Made by a program: the position numbers and the translations under genes. DNA of 64,000 nt from the IMG/VR virus record IMGVR_UViG_3300040786_000047, one strand, 5' to 3'. Shown here in pieces: positions 10,774-24,064 of the stretch (its first letter is position 1; every line of letters starts with the position of its first letter). This stretch comes from a virus. The notes below the pieces were generated by a model. That model did not search any database, had not been told where the DNA came from, and was given only the letters and a program-made list of their open reading frames with translations.

Positions 10774-13166
10774 ATGGCAACTGATACAAAAATAACCCTT
10801 ATTAAGAAAAGTGGACCTGGTGTGCTTATTGGTTTAGTTGAATTAACTTCTAAAATGGATATGTTGACTTTGGTGGGTTACAATTTGAACTACCAGGTGA
10901 ATATGTAATATCGGTTATATCAGAGTCCGATCTTGTCGAAAATACTGAAATATCTATAACAGTTCTTCCTAGCGATGACATAATCGGACAAGATAATAGT
11001 GAAGTTTCAGAGCCGAAATCCATAGAAGGCACAAGACCTATAATTGCACAAATAGAAAAACTACTACTAAATTAGATCCAATTGAATTTGAAGGTAATGA
11101 CCCTAGCCATGATAATGAAGCTGCTGGTGGACTTGGATTTACACCATTTTTCTGGTATAATGGATATCAAGTAAGCGATAGAGATATTTCTTCTTTAAAT
11201 CTTTACTACGATGGAATTATCCCAAAAGTATCTATTATGTTTTTAGATTCAATGGGGTTTATGAAAAAAGATGGATTTCCACTTGATGATGCAAAATTTG
11301 AAATATTTTTTAAACTCAGGTACAAAAAATTTAAAATCAATACATCTAAAGTTTAAGTTAGAAAATTTCCAAGAAAATAAGCGTAAAACTTATACAATAA
11401 TAGGAACTTTAGATATTAAAGACTTTTATAAAATATCATTTAAAAGTTATAGAGGAACATCATTTGAAGCTCTTAAAAAAATGTCAACTGAGTTAGAGTT
11501 AGGATTTAATTCTAATATAACTAACACTTTGATAGTATGAACTGGGTTAACAATGGTAAAGTATCAAAAGACTTCTTTTTGGATGTTATTAACCATTCTT
11601 ATATATCAGATAACTCTTATGTATTGGGTTATATAGACTTTTATTATTGTTTTAACTATGTTGATATTGAAAAGAATGGCTCAGAGACATATCACAAGAT
11701 GTTGGATTAAACTCAACTGGTATTAACTATTTGAATAGTGATAGTGATAAGGATAGAGTAGAAGTTTAATATTAACTGATGACCAGAGTGCAAATTCAAG
11801 TCCATTCTATTTTTCAAGTTATAAGTTAAATAATAATTCAACACAAATATCACTAGAAAGTGGACATTTTACTAAATCAAAAGTTTATGATAGTATATCA
11901 AAACAATTTTAATATTTGATGTAATTCACAAACATCGGATGGAGTTAAAACACATATACTTAAAGGTGCAGGTGATAGTAAGGACATAGTTGAAAATTAT
12001 CGAACAAAGTATTCAGGTAAGATGGATACCGAGAATGTTTATAAAAATTATTACTATTCGGAAACACAAAACAAAGTAAATCTAGAAAACCTAGTTAGAA
12101 TATCAGTGGATATTATATTACCTAATCCAAATTTCAACTTGTATAAATTTATGAAAATACAAATGATATTTGTTAATAAAATGAGTAGTCCTAGTAATGA
12201 TGAGATTGTACAATCTAGGTTAACCGGAGAATGGCTCATTACTGATATTGGATATAGTTGGAGTAGAGGTAAATTAGAACAGAATGTTAATTTAGTGCGA
12301 AAAGAAATTGGCAAACACCAACTGAAATAGAATCAGATAAAAATAATATATCAAGTGCAAGTCCAGAAGTCAATAGCGAAAATAACGATAATCCAATTAT
12401 AAATTCTGATGTTGTAGGATATACTCAAAGTGCGGTACTTATCGAAGAACAAGGAGTCTTTCAGTTTGGTGAGGAACAAGACACTATTGGTTAAATGATG
12501 AATATAGAACTTCCGACTTTATAGGTGATGCTGAGGATGTACTCACAATTGAGCAAATGAAGTTATTTGATCGGATGTAGTTAATAACCTAACAAGTGAA
12601 GAGATTGCTGAGATAAAAGTGTCTTATAGTAAGGAACACCTCTTAAGTCACCACCAAGAGATTTGCTATTAGCAATGAGAAGATATGGTATTACTAGCAA
12701 TTTGGAACGTGCTCATTTTTTAGCACAATGTGCTCATGAGTCTGGTGATTTTCAATGGACACAAGAACAAGGAGGAATTAAGTACCTGACTGGTCTGTAT
12801 GAAGGAAGAACCGATATTGGTAACACAAGTCCAGGTGATGGTTTTAAATATCATGGTAGGGCTATATACACGTAACCGGTAAGTTCAACTATGCCGCATA
12901 TAGTAAATACCTAGTCTCAAAGGAGAAGATAATGTATTATTAAATCAGGATTAGTCTCATCAAAATATGCAGCAGACTCTGCATGCTACTGGTGGAAGTT
13001 TATAAATAGATCAGTTTCTAAAAGTGCCAACGGAGGATCATCTTCTTCAGTAGTAAAAACTGTTACTCATGCTGTTAATGGTGGTGACCGTGGACTTGAT
13101 GATAGAGTATCAAGGTTTAATGGATACTATGCAGAGATTAAAAATGATGGTTCTAAATATGCATAG
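10774..13166 (+). CDS. Baseplate hub-like structural protein with C-terminal GH19 lysozyme-like domain (frameshifted)
   Basis: Long structural-type N-region next to the gp5-like gene; C-terminal RAHFLAQCAHESG, GDGFKYHGRG, TGKFNY, VNGG motifs. Confidence 0.7.
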
Positions 13167-13190
13167 AGATAATAATTTAATATATACGAA

Positions 13191-15027
13191 ATGGATATAA
13201 GAAATTTTACAAGTATAGATTTTGCTAGCAATAGAGCAGGTGATTTAAGAAAAACTTAAGTAATATAATTGCAAATGGTAAAGAATGGCCACAAAGGTTA
13301 GGTCAGTTAATCCTGGATTTCTATCACCTTTATTAATATCACCAAGTGCGTTTAGACCAAATGGTTCTACTAGTAGTAATACAAGTAAAAAAATAGGAAG
13401 TTACGAATATACCGATTGGACTGGACAAAAAATAACATTAGATGGTACTGTATTGTTAACAGAGGATAGATTTAATGAAAGTAAGGGAGATTTTCCAAGA
13501 ACTGACATAAGTAAAATCCTTATAGTACTAGAGATACTTATTTAATATTTAATGATAACTCAACAGACTATTTTACATGGCTTACAAGTAATTGATAATA
13601 TAAATAACGTAAGTTCGGACAACACTAACACAAGTGCTAGATTAGGAGGTTTAAGAATACCCTTTGAGAATAATGACCCTGTTATGTTTGGATTTGAAAT
13701 AGTAATAGATTCCGTTAGCTCACCTTTATTAAATGGATCCATTACTGACTTCCTAATAACTACAGTAACATAAGCGAAGTTGCATCTAAAATACCTGTTT
13801 ATGAAGACTTCAAGCAACAGTTTGTTAAATTTTTCAAGACTAATTCAACAGTTATTATTGATACTGATGTTGCAACAATTAGTAAGTCATCAACAAATTA
13901 CTCACATAGTGATAGTCCTAAGAATCTACATCAAAGTGGGAAAACATCTTATATGAACTACTATTTAAAGAAAGTTGCAGGTTTAAAAAATCTAAGCGAG
14001 TCTAATACTGGTGATACTAAAAAATACTTAGTAGATTATAGAAAAGATTTAATAACACTAGACTTTAATGAGGATGTAACATTAAGCATTGGTACTTTAG
14101 CGCATTTATATAAATTATTATATTGGTCTAAACCTAATGGAAAGAGTATTATCCCTGAGAACTTACTTAGATTTAATTGTGATATTATCTGAGTGTAGAA
14201 ATTTTAACCGAGCAAGAAAAGCAGCAGGAACCGGTGAGGTAGTTGAAGTTCTTAAAGATAACTTATCTAGATATATTTATAGTTTAAAGAGTGTCAACTA
14301 TTTTTCAATATGCCACATCCAGATGATGTTGATTTATCAAGTATTTCGACATATGAAAACTTTAGTGTATCATTCGATTATAAATATTCTACTGTTAACT
14401 TTGAAAAGTTCTTACCAAAGGGAAATTTCGGTCAATATGTTGGATATGATTCAGGTGCTATTTGGCGAATAGGAAATCCAGGTAATAGAAATGGTAGATC
14501 AAACGGTCCGAGACTTCAATTCCTAAATTTTTTACCGAATTTGATAATAGTCTTAGAGAGAATGGAGTCTTATCACCATTTATCACTGGATCATATAAAC
14601 CAGATGGTATTTCAGAAACTGCTGAAACACTATCATCTATTACTGATAAATATAGTTTAGATGAGAAGACAAGGAAAGAGTTGGAAGAAAGTGAAATAGG
14701 TTCTACACCAAAATCTCAACTAGATATAATGAAAGATAACTTTAAGTTAAATCTCAAAAAAAGTTATAAAATTAAAATCAGAAACAATTAAAAGTGTTGA
14801 GAAAGAGATTGTAACACTGGTAAACAATAGAATTAACCTACTATCAAGAACAATTAACAAAATTGGAATTGGATTTGTTGGTGGTAAAGGAATTAGTCCA
14901 CCACAGAATGTATATAAAAATTCTGATGGTAGTTTAGAAGTGCTGTTGCAATACCAAAGATAGGTTCTTCTATGATATAAGAAACGAACTAACTGATTTT
15001 GCAGGTGGTTCCCTTAGTAGCTTTTAA
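13191..15027 (+). CDS. Putative baseplate/tail-tube-associated structural protein (frameshifted)
   Basis: Continuous coding through ORFs 13285, 13552, 13953 and 14310; lies between hub and spike; TAATATATA upstream. Confidence 0.5.
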
Positions 15028-15056
15028 GTGGAGCTCTTTTTAAAAAATAAAATAAC

Positions 15057-16562
15057 ATGAAGGTAGAGGCTAATAAAACATATGTTGGAGTTGTAGAAGA
15101 TAATGATGATCCTAAGAAATTAGGTAGAGTCAGAGTTAGGGTTTTAGATGTATTTGATAACCTTGAAGTTACTGACATACCATTGCAACGCCTTGGAAAG
15201 ATTTAAATGGTAATCAATTTAATGTACCTGAGAATGGTAAAGTTGTTCTTGTAGTTTTTGATTCCGGTGACGAGTATAAACCAGAGTTTATTTCTGCTGA
15301 CCATTATAATGTAAATCTAGAAAGAAAATTAGAATCACTATCAAAGATTATATATCAATGAAGTCATTGATATTTGACCATAAAACACAAGTTTATGTCA
15401 ATGATAAAGAAGGATTAAAGATAGACCATAAATATAATAACGTTAATATTACTGAATCAGGTGTTAGTATTAACCTTAAAGACAATAATGCTCATGTTAA
15501 TATAGGTGATGCGACCGCTGGACAGCAAGCTATTTTAGGTAATAGCTGGATGGATTGGTTTGATGATTTCGCAAAAGTACTAATAACACACTTACCTTGT
15601 ACCAGGACTTGCTGTTACACCAACTCCTGAATTACTTCGAGTTATAATGAAATATACACAACTAAGGGATATAAAATTTTTATCACATCATGTAAATATT
15701 GTTGATAATAATAAAGTATCTACTGTGATAAACACAAAAGAGAAAATACTCCACAATTAGTGATGCTTGGAATTCAACAAATGTTGAAAACAAAATTACT
15801 ACAAACACAAATGATAACTTTAAACCTATTGAGCAAAACCAGAGTATGATGTTAGCCGTGTTGAACCTAGTACACTGGATCCTTTATTAAGTGGATTGAC
15901 ATCATCTATTTTAAACATAGCAACCTCATCAATTATACCACCACTAGAACCATTAACATCACCAGAATCTAATCCAAAGATAGATAAGATGATAAAATAT
16001 ATGAAATCTAAAGGTTATGTAGTATATGAAGGTATTGGAGTTTTAAATATACTATCTATGCAATCTATTAAAAAGATAGTGGTGAAATAAGTAATAAGTT
16101 TGATGATATTTTAAATCTATTCTTCAAAATGAGAATGGAAATTGGAACCTATTTGAATATAAAATAACAACTATGGCAGGATTTGTACCTGGTACAACTA
16201 ACCTACCACAAAATGTTGCATTACTATCATTAGGTCAGTATATAGACCAAGGTGAAATAGTAGTAAAGTCACGTTATAAATATTTAAAACTAAATAAGTC
16301 TACTGTACATAGAAATAATAACCTAAATAGATACAATTTCTATTCACCTAAAAGTCCTACAAGGTACGGAATGTCAATAAGCAGATCTACGGATTCTGGT
16401 TCAGCAGAGAACGTTTATAATTATTCAGAGGGTTCGCAAGTTTTAAATGGCTTCACAATATCAACAATTTATAGATTTTGTGATGCTCAAATAACATTAT
16501 CAAATAAGAATAGTTTTACATATACTTTGTGTAGACAAAGTGATTTTGATACTTTTGAATAA
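15057..16562 (+). CDS. gp5-like baseplate spike (OB-fold N-terminus) with C-terminal YkuD-like domain lacking catalytic His/Cys (frameshifted)
   Basis: YVGVVEDNDDPKKLGRVRVRVLDV..PENGKVVLVVF OB-fold signature; C-terminal NKFDD..TT..GQY..GMSISRS..NYSEGSQVL..FTYTL. Confidence 0.8.
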
Positions 16563-16563
16563 C

Positions 16564-18054
16564 TTATACAAGAGCTCCGACTGTAATTTTACTGCTGCAA
16601 TACCCTTTTCGTTCATTCTCCAAAGTGCTGCTGTATTCCAATCTACGTTTAATATATGTAATTGTCTTTGAGTGAAATCTCAACCCACTTATATCCTGTC
16701 CATACTTGAATATGTCCATATTTTTACCATTTAAATAACCTACTGCTAACATCACCTATTTGCCACTTCTGATGGAGTTAAAGTATCCTAATTCTGTAAC
16801 ACGAACCTTGTCATCAAAATAACCAGTTGCACTTAAAGATACACCACCTTTAAAGGAATATTTTTCCGCATTACCTCTTAACTGTCCAATTTTCTTTATA
16901 CCAGTAAGTGCATAAAGTACTGTTACCGTGCCCTGTGCACCAACCATGAAGTTCTTTACATAACCTGTCTAAGATTTTATAACTAACTCTTTGAATTTTT
17001 ACCTAACTCTCTAGCACAATCTCCTGCCAAATTTAAAAGATCATCAAGATTATAAACAGTTCGTATATTTGGGGATCACCTATTGTGCCTTCCACATCAT
17101 TATCTTCTTCATTATCAGAGACTTCTTTCTGTAAAATAAATTTGATTCAGGTAGTCCTTCAAAATTATTTTCCGTATATTCATCAGATATAGTAAACTCT
17201 TCTTCATCACTGAATTGAAAACCACTATTCACCTCTTTAACATCGCCTATATAAACTTTTATAGATGGTATATCTACCTTAGCTTTTATTATAACATCAG
17301 TGGGTAATATAATTTTCAATTTTATTTTAGGAGCCTCATTGGTTGCCGCTTTATCAGGAGTTGGTCCGTCAGGTACTATGGACATTAATGGACTTTTATA
17401 TGGTATTATCGAACAACTTTCATTATTAGGCTCACAAAGTGCTAATTCAGAATAATCTGGTATAACAGTAGTCCATTTTGTTATTACCGATTGTATAATA
17501 TCTATGTCTTTAACAATACCCGAAAATTCTTGGGTTTGTATAAACCATATTCAAATACACCATCCTTATTTATACTTATTACTTTTCATTATTATAAGAA
17601 TTTATTGTCGCTGTTTTAGTAATAAACCTTTTGTGTTCCACCCAGTTCATTTCCATCGCTATCGCTATACTCTTTACCACCTGCACAGTATTACCTTCAA
17701 GCCATGATATTGAAATCCAAGCACCATTATTTAAATAGGATCAAATCCATAACTTCGGTACTTAGGAACTTTTTCTTCCCAAGGATCTTGTATTATTTTA
17801 TAACCAGATGATTTTGAATCGCTCTTAGACTGTAGTAATATAAAATTATCAATGAATTGGTCATCCGTAAACTCTTTAAATATACCACTTTTTTATACCT
17901 TGTTGATAGCCATATAGGATTTGAATTATTAGTACCTATCAAAACTCTCATTAGAACCAAATGTTTTTTTGTCTTCATATAAAGTAACCTTTATATCTAA
18001 AGAACCAATATTATCATTTGTTTTTCTTAACCTTACTGACTTTATCTCTTTCAT
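16564..18054 (-). CDS. Structural protein with C-terminal CHAP/NlpC-P60-like amidase (frameshifted)
   Basis: Rebuilt GWCAQG (Cys) and KYGHIQVWTGYKWVxDF (His) motifs; acidic linker in ORF 17080..17385. Confidence 0.65.
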
Positions 18055-18066
18055 AATTTAATTTAA

Positions 18067-18571
18067 TTATAATCCACCAATAGAAAACCTACCATTGATT
18101 AATCTAACCGGCTCTCTTGGTGTAGAAAGAACAACTGGTGGTAGTGAGTAATCATTCTCAATATACTGCTGTCTCGAAACATCTACTTTACTAACTTTAT
18201 CTGGTGAGTTTTGAACCCTAGTTGTTTAGTTATATTAATACTAGATGTTGAATCTGTTGGCGTATATCTAAATTTATCCATATCTCCAATAGGAGGATAT
18301 CTTAATAACATACCTTCTTTGATACTCAATGGATTATCAATATTGTTTATATATAGTATAATATCAACATCATGTAAGTATACATGTAAAACACTACTCT
18401 CTATTCCATACATATTTTTAAAAAACCAAATCAACTCTCATCTCATCTTCTAATACTACTTTATATTCTCTTAGTGCTACCGAAGTGTTATAAAAAAAAT
18501 GTTGACGTAAACAAATCATATATTCCTTCGGTATCAAATCCTGTATCTCTTTGTAAAGATGTTATATCCAT
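18067..18571 (-). CDS. Baseplate wedge protein, gp53-like (frameshifted)
   Basis: EMRVDL(V)..YG..DIILYINNIDNPLSIKEGMLLRYP LysM-like wedge signature. Confidence 0.75.
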
Positions 18572-18589
18572 TATCTTATTTATATTTTT

Positions 18590-20469
18590 TTATGATCTTC
18601 AGTGAATAAATTGGTTGTTGGTTTATACATATAAACATCTGTTATAATTTGCTCTCCTGATTTACCTTCTTTAGTTGTTGTTAACCCACTTGCTTTTAAA
18701 GAACTTATACTAGAAAGTGGTAACGCTCTACCATCCCCAAAGTTATCTAAAATGTATTTGATGGTACTGATATAGCCAATTTTGGTTAATTAAATCTTGT
18801 GCTGACTGTTGAGATGAAAGAGAAGATTGTGCTGCGGTTTGTACAGTAGGTATTCCTTCTGGTGCTTTCTTATTCTCAGTACCTTCAAGCGGATTATCAA
18901 CAGCATTCTCATCTACATTCCTTGCATTTCCATCTTTTACTGATATTAATGTTCTAATACTTCCTGCATTAAACTTTGCTAAAATTTCTTGCAATCCCCA
19001 AGGTCTAGCATTAGTTAAAATAAATTCTGCCTTTATTGTTGTAGGTAAATCATTAAATGCTAATGCTGAACCTAAAGTTAACTTAACATCTTCTACTAAC
19101 ATATCACCTGCACAAAAAACAGGTCTCATTGATTTCCAATACTAACATGCCAAGGAGTTGATGGCGCACCACTTAACGATCTTGCTATACCTTCAAGCTC
19201 TATTTTATACTTTTCTAATTGAGTGCTTAATCCTCTAGTAATTAAATCAACTAAATTATCTCCTGCTGCTCTAATAGCTGCTAAGCTCATATTCTGTTTG
19301 TCTATGACTACTTTTTTACCTCCTGCTGCTACTGGACTACCTCGTTCTGAGCGTTGGTTGCTGCATTTAAAACAGTCTGCTAATCCAACCATTACATCTC
19401 TTGCCTCCGATATACCGTCACTTATCCACTGTATCATATCTCACAATCTGTCCTGGTGTGTTTATCCATGTTTTCAATTTTGTTTCAAATTTTTCAGATA
19501 GTCCATAAGTATCACTCCTTGATGTACCAAACCTTAGCACCATTGTAATTATATCTTGCCATGCAATTGTAGGATCAATTCCTGATATAAACTTTTGTTC
19601 CCATTCACACCATTTTAATAGAAACCTTACATTCAAGACCACTATCAGCATCACTATACCCAACTGTCTTTCTTCTCTTTGCCATTTTTATTAAATTAGG
19701 ATTACCTGATGGCAACTTCTCAGTACCATCTGCATCCAAAATATCCATTTTTTTAATACGTATCTTTGAATATTCTCGGTAAATCCTGGTAGCGGTATTA
19801 CATTAAGTGCCGCACCAACCTTACCTCCTACATTCTTACCCATGAAATCTTCACCTAGAGAGTTTAGAACCGATGTAAAATCTGCCTTTGCGTCTATCCA
19901 TTTTTCTCCAAAGCTTATATCTAGAAAATCTTCTGTCTGTGGCTTCCAACTAATCATAACCGCCATAGGTTTATTACCGTTAACCTTACCAAATATATTA
20001 TCATCATGTGGTTCTAAAAATCTTCTAGCTATTACTAATCTATTATTTGATAAACACCAACGTCTTTTAAATACGCAAAGTCTGATGGTCTAAGTGCAGC
20101 CTCGGTGTTTGCCAACTTTTCGATTATATTTAATAGACTGGTATCATATATCATTATTATGTAAATAATTTCTTGGTATACCCTTATAATCTTTGTCTAA
20201 TCCACTTCTATTAGCACCTATATTAGCATAGGGTGATATAACTGATTGTCCGGTAAATAATGAACGAGTACCTTGATTAACAGGCTCTGTTACATTAAGT
20301 CCATCGGTTGTGCTTAATTCTGTTATAGGATACTATCAAGACCTTGATTGTAATTGTTTACATTTATATTACGGCTATTATCTGCATTGAATGTAGACAT
20401 ACCCGTTGCTCGAACAGGTCTACTTGCGACTCCTATTAAACCAAGCGGTGATCCTCCTAAAATTGCCAT
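18590..20469 (-). CDS. Putative baseplate/tail structural protein (frameshifted)
   Basis: Continuous coding through ORFs 19691, 19418, 19126 and 18743; TAATATATA upstream; sits in the baseplate cluster. Confidence 0.55.
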
Positions 20470-20499
20470 ACAATAAATATTATTTTTAGTATATATTAA

Positions 20500-21002
20500 A
20501 TATCTATATCCTATTGGTATATTTTAGTAATCACGTATAATTTGAGATGAATTAAATTTGGATAGATTTGAGAATACATCATCTATAACGTCTGGACTTC
20601 TTCTAAATTCATTATAAAAGATTAAAACATTGAAGTCGTTTTCTCCCAGTATTTTTTTTGGTTTAGTAACTTTTCAATTGAAAACTCATTATCAAAGTCA
20701 GGTATATAGTATATATCTTTCTTTTATCAATTGCTTGTTGTATTTTATTAAATATTATTATTTTTAGATATGTTTTATCATTATTAAAGTCAACTCCTCG
20801 TCACTTATTATCTTACTTATATCTATAATATATTTGTTTTTATTGCATTAATTTTTAGATACTTATCAAATTTTTCCTTGTTTTTACATAAACACAAAAG
20901 ACATTTTATTATCGGTCATACACTTTGCTTACTTTTGATAACTTTTAACCATAAATGGTTGGCTTTATTATATATAATATGTATTGGCCCTTTTATTGAC
21001 AT
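20500..21002 (-). CDS. Hypothetical protein (frameshifted)
   Basis: Starts MSIKGQYILYNKANHLWLKVIK; coding-like across frames. Confidence 0.4.
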
Positions 21003-21044
21003 TTAACAATTTACATGTAATGAGAATAATAATTTATATAGTTT

Positions 21045-22394
21045 ATGGAAAAATATTCAGATAAATTTTAAACCAATCTGGTAAATTAAAAAACAGTATT
21101 ATAGGTATGGAATTTGAGTTCTATTTAAAGGAACTTTCTTTATAAAACACTAGAATTATTAAATCAAGAGTTATCACCTGTAAGGGTTCACGGCTTTTAG
21201 ACAATATCACTCAGGATTTGTTCCTGATGATAAAAACTTCAAAATTGAACCAGATTTATCCGGTGGATCCAATATGGTTGAGCTTGTAACAGGACCCTAG
21301 ATTATTATGATGCTAAATACTATCTTATAAAGATTATAAAGTTTATACAAACACATGGTTATACAAATGAAAAATGTTCAGTGCATTTTAATCTATCTTT
21401 TAATGGTGAAAAGAATTTAAATGATTTAAACATTTTAAAGCTAATATTAAACACCGATGAGAATGAGATATACAGATACTATCCGTCAAGAAAAGGTAAT
21501 GTTTACAAAAACTATTAAGAAGATAATTCCATATAAAGAATATGACTTTTAATATACCTATCAATGTAGTTAAGAATAATATAAGATTACCAAATGATAA
21601 GTATTATGGTATTAACTTTACACATATAAATAATAAAGAGAATCAGAGGTTAGAGTTTAGATATATTGGTGGTAAAGATTTTGAGAAGAATTTAGGACAA
21701 CTAATATACTTTATGGAAAGGTTCATTATAAACACATTCGATTCTATCGATGCTGATTTTAATTCAGAAGACGTTGATAAACTTGAAGAGTTCTTAGAAG
21801 AAAATATCTCATCATTTAAAAATTTAGCTAAGTATGACAATTTTATTGTTGACTTTCCTACAGTTCAGATACAAATCGACCAAAATAACAACTATGATAT
21901 TGTTTCTACATATTATGATAAGATATATCCTAAGTTATTTAATTTAGTTGATTCGACTGATGATATATCAGAGTGTATAGTTAATTATGTTGCAACAACA
22001 CAAACTATTGAGTTGGTAGATGCAAGACTTAAAACAAGTTCTACACTTAAAGGATATGATTTAATTAACTGTGATGTTGAGGGTGTATTTGATGACTGTT
22101 TCTTTGTTGGAACACAAATAAAAAACTCACAATTATTAAAGTCAAAGTTACAGAATTCCGAAGTAGAAAATTCTAAAATTTTAAACTGTAAAGTGTGGTA
22201 GTTGACGAACTGTTATTTTATGGATGGATATCTTAATGGTGATATGTTTGGTGGTGTTTTCGCCTGGTGAACTAGGACCATTTGCAAGTATGGACTCTGA
22301 GGTTAAAATAGTAACTGATAGTGAGAACTTCTGATACAACTTTTGATGAAGATGAAAAGGAGATGTTAAGGATGTAAGGATATGGTAAAAATAA
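21045..22394 (+). CDS. Putative amidoligase-family enzyme with C-terminal repeat/beta-helix-like region (frameshifted)
   Basis: IGMEFEF, IEPDLSG..VELVTGP, CSVHFNLS, KYYGINF, RLEFRYIGG motifs; C-terminal LINCDV..FDDCFF..IKNSQL..LQNSEV..ILNCKV periodicity. Confidence 0.75.
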
Positions 22395-22439
22395 CTTTAA
22401 TAGTTATAAAAAAAGAAAAAATAACTTAATATATAGTTT

Positions 22440-24050
22440 ATGAAAAATATACAAAATTTTAATAACTTTAATTTAATTAAAGAAGAAGCATCACCAAGAC
22501 TTCCTAAATCAGAAGATTGGTTGAAGAAAGGAAAAGATGGAAAAAAAAGTAGCTATTTATCTACATGATGATATGGATGGTATCTTTACTGCAATAGAGG
22601 TTAAGAATTTACTAAACGCAGGGTTTACTATTGAGAAATATGGTATACTTAATTACTCAGAAGGTTGGAAATATACTACACTTGATCCAAAGTTAATAAA
22701 CGTTGTAGTTGACTTTGCTAATATGCCAGGTGATGAAAGAGATGATTTAGTTGATTATTATTAGACCATCACGGGATATTTACACCAGAACAAAAGAAAG
22801 ATATAAATCATCACCTGTTCAAAAAATGAAAACAGGATCTGCTTATGAGGCGATATGTATCAATTTAGGAGTTCCGCAAGATTCACTAACAAAGGTTATT
22901 GATATGATAGACTCTGCAAAGTATCAGGATTATGGTATTTCGTGGGATAGATTACTAGACTTTAATATAGCATCTATGAAAAAGTCGAAAGACAAAAGAT
23001 TAGAATTTGGTGCTGCATTTAATCAATTTATAAAAGAAGTGATAGTAAAACTATAATATCTGTTGTTGATAACACTAACGATGCATCTATATATGCAATA
23101 TACAATGTAATGAAAAAAGTTTATCCAATGCACAACCTACGATGGGTGGTCCTAATAGAGGAATGCCAAAAGACTTTAATAAAGATTCTGAATGGAGACT
23201 TGGAGAAATGCAAAAAAAGAACTAGAGGTTTTAATAAAGTAAAGACAACATTTAATACACAAGCAGAGTTTATACAAAAATTCCAAAAGGTAATCTAATT
23301 AAAGTAGATGGTTATCAAAAAAATTGGTGACCTTATATTTGTCCCAACAGGAACTTGGGCAAATGCACTTAGAGCAAGAACAATTGTCGAAAGAGACTTA
23401 AAAGCAGGTCATCTTGATTCAGAGCCTAAGTTTATATTATTGCAATATGGAGGAACTTTACAAGTTTGTGGATATAAGAAAATGGAAGAGATGGAATTAC
23501 CAACATTAAAGAATGGTGAGGTCGTAAATGATTTGGGTAAGTATATGACTGAATTATTAGAAACTTTAAAAAACATTTAGGATATCACAATCCTGATACA
23601 TCTATTGGACAAGATGAAATTACAGTTCTGGTGGTCATGGTGGTATTGGATCTATTTCGAATGTTTTTGGTGAATGTAAAATAGCTCCTTATATTGGACA
23701 AAGATATATTGATATGTTTAAAAATAAAATAATTTCAGATTTATCAAATGGCGTTTTATTTAATTTAAACTTAAAATGGAGCGAACCTGCTGATTATAAT
23801 ACAAGTGAGCCTACTATGAACAACAAAGTTATTAATAAATCTGATGTTACGCAATTAGACAAACAAGGTAATATTGTTAGTAGCAATGAAAGTTCTGAGT
23901 ATGCTTTAATGGATAAAGAAACAGGTGTTAGTAGAAGTTAGTAAAGAAGAGTTTATGAAAGTAAATGCATCTAATCCACTTAAAAACAAAATAACTATTG
24001 ACGATGATAATAGAATAGTTTCAAGTTTTGAGAAGTTTAATCAAAAATAA
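22440..24050 (+). CDS. DHH-family phosphoesterase with CTS-like N-terminus (frameshifted)
   Basis: MKNIQNFNNFNLIKEE; motif I YLHDDMDG, motif II VVDF, motif III LDHH; TAATATATA at about 22427-22435. Confidence 0.8.
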
Positions 24051-24064
24051 AAATTGATACATAA

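Noticed and set aside
12054-19501. Antisense ORFs in the track (for example 12054-, 13560-, 18211+, 19223+) as overlapping genes
   Set aside because: They lie opposite well-supported genes, have no motifs or promoters, and are expected by chance.
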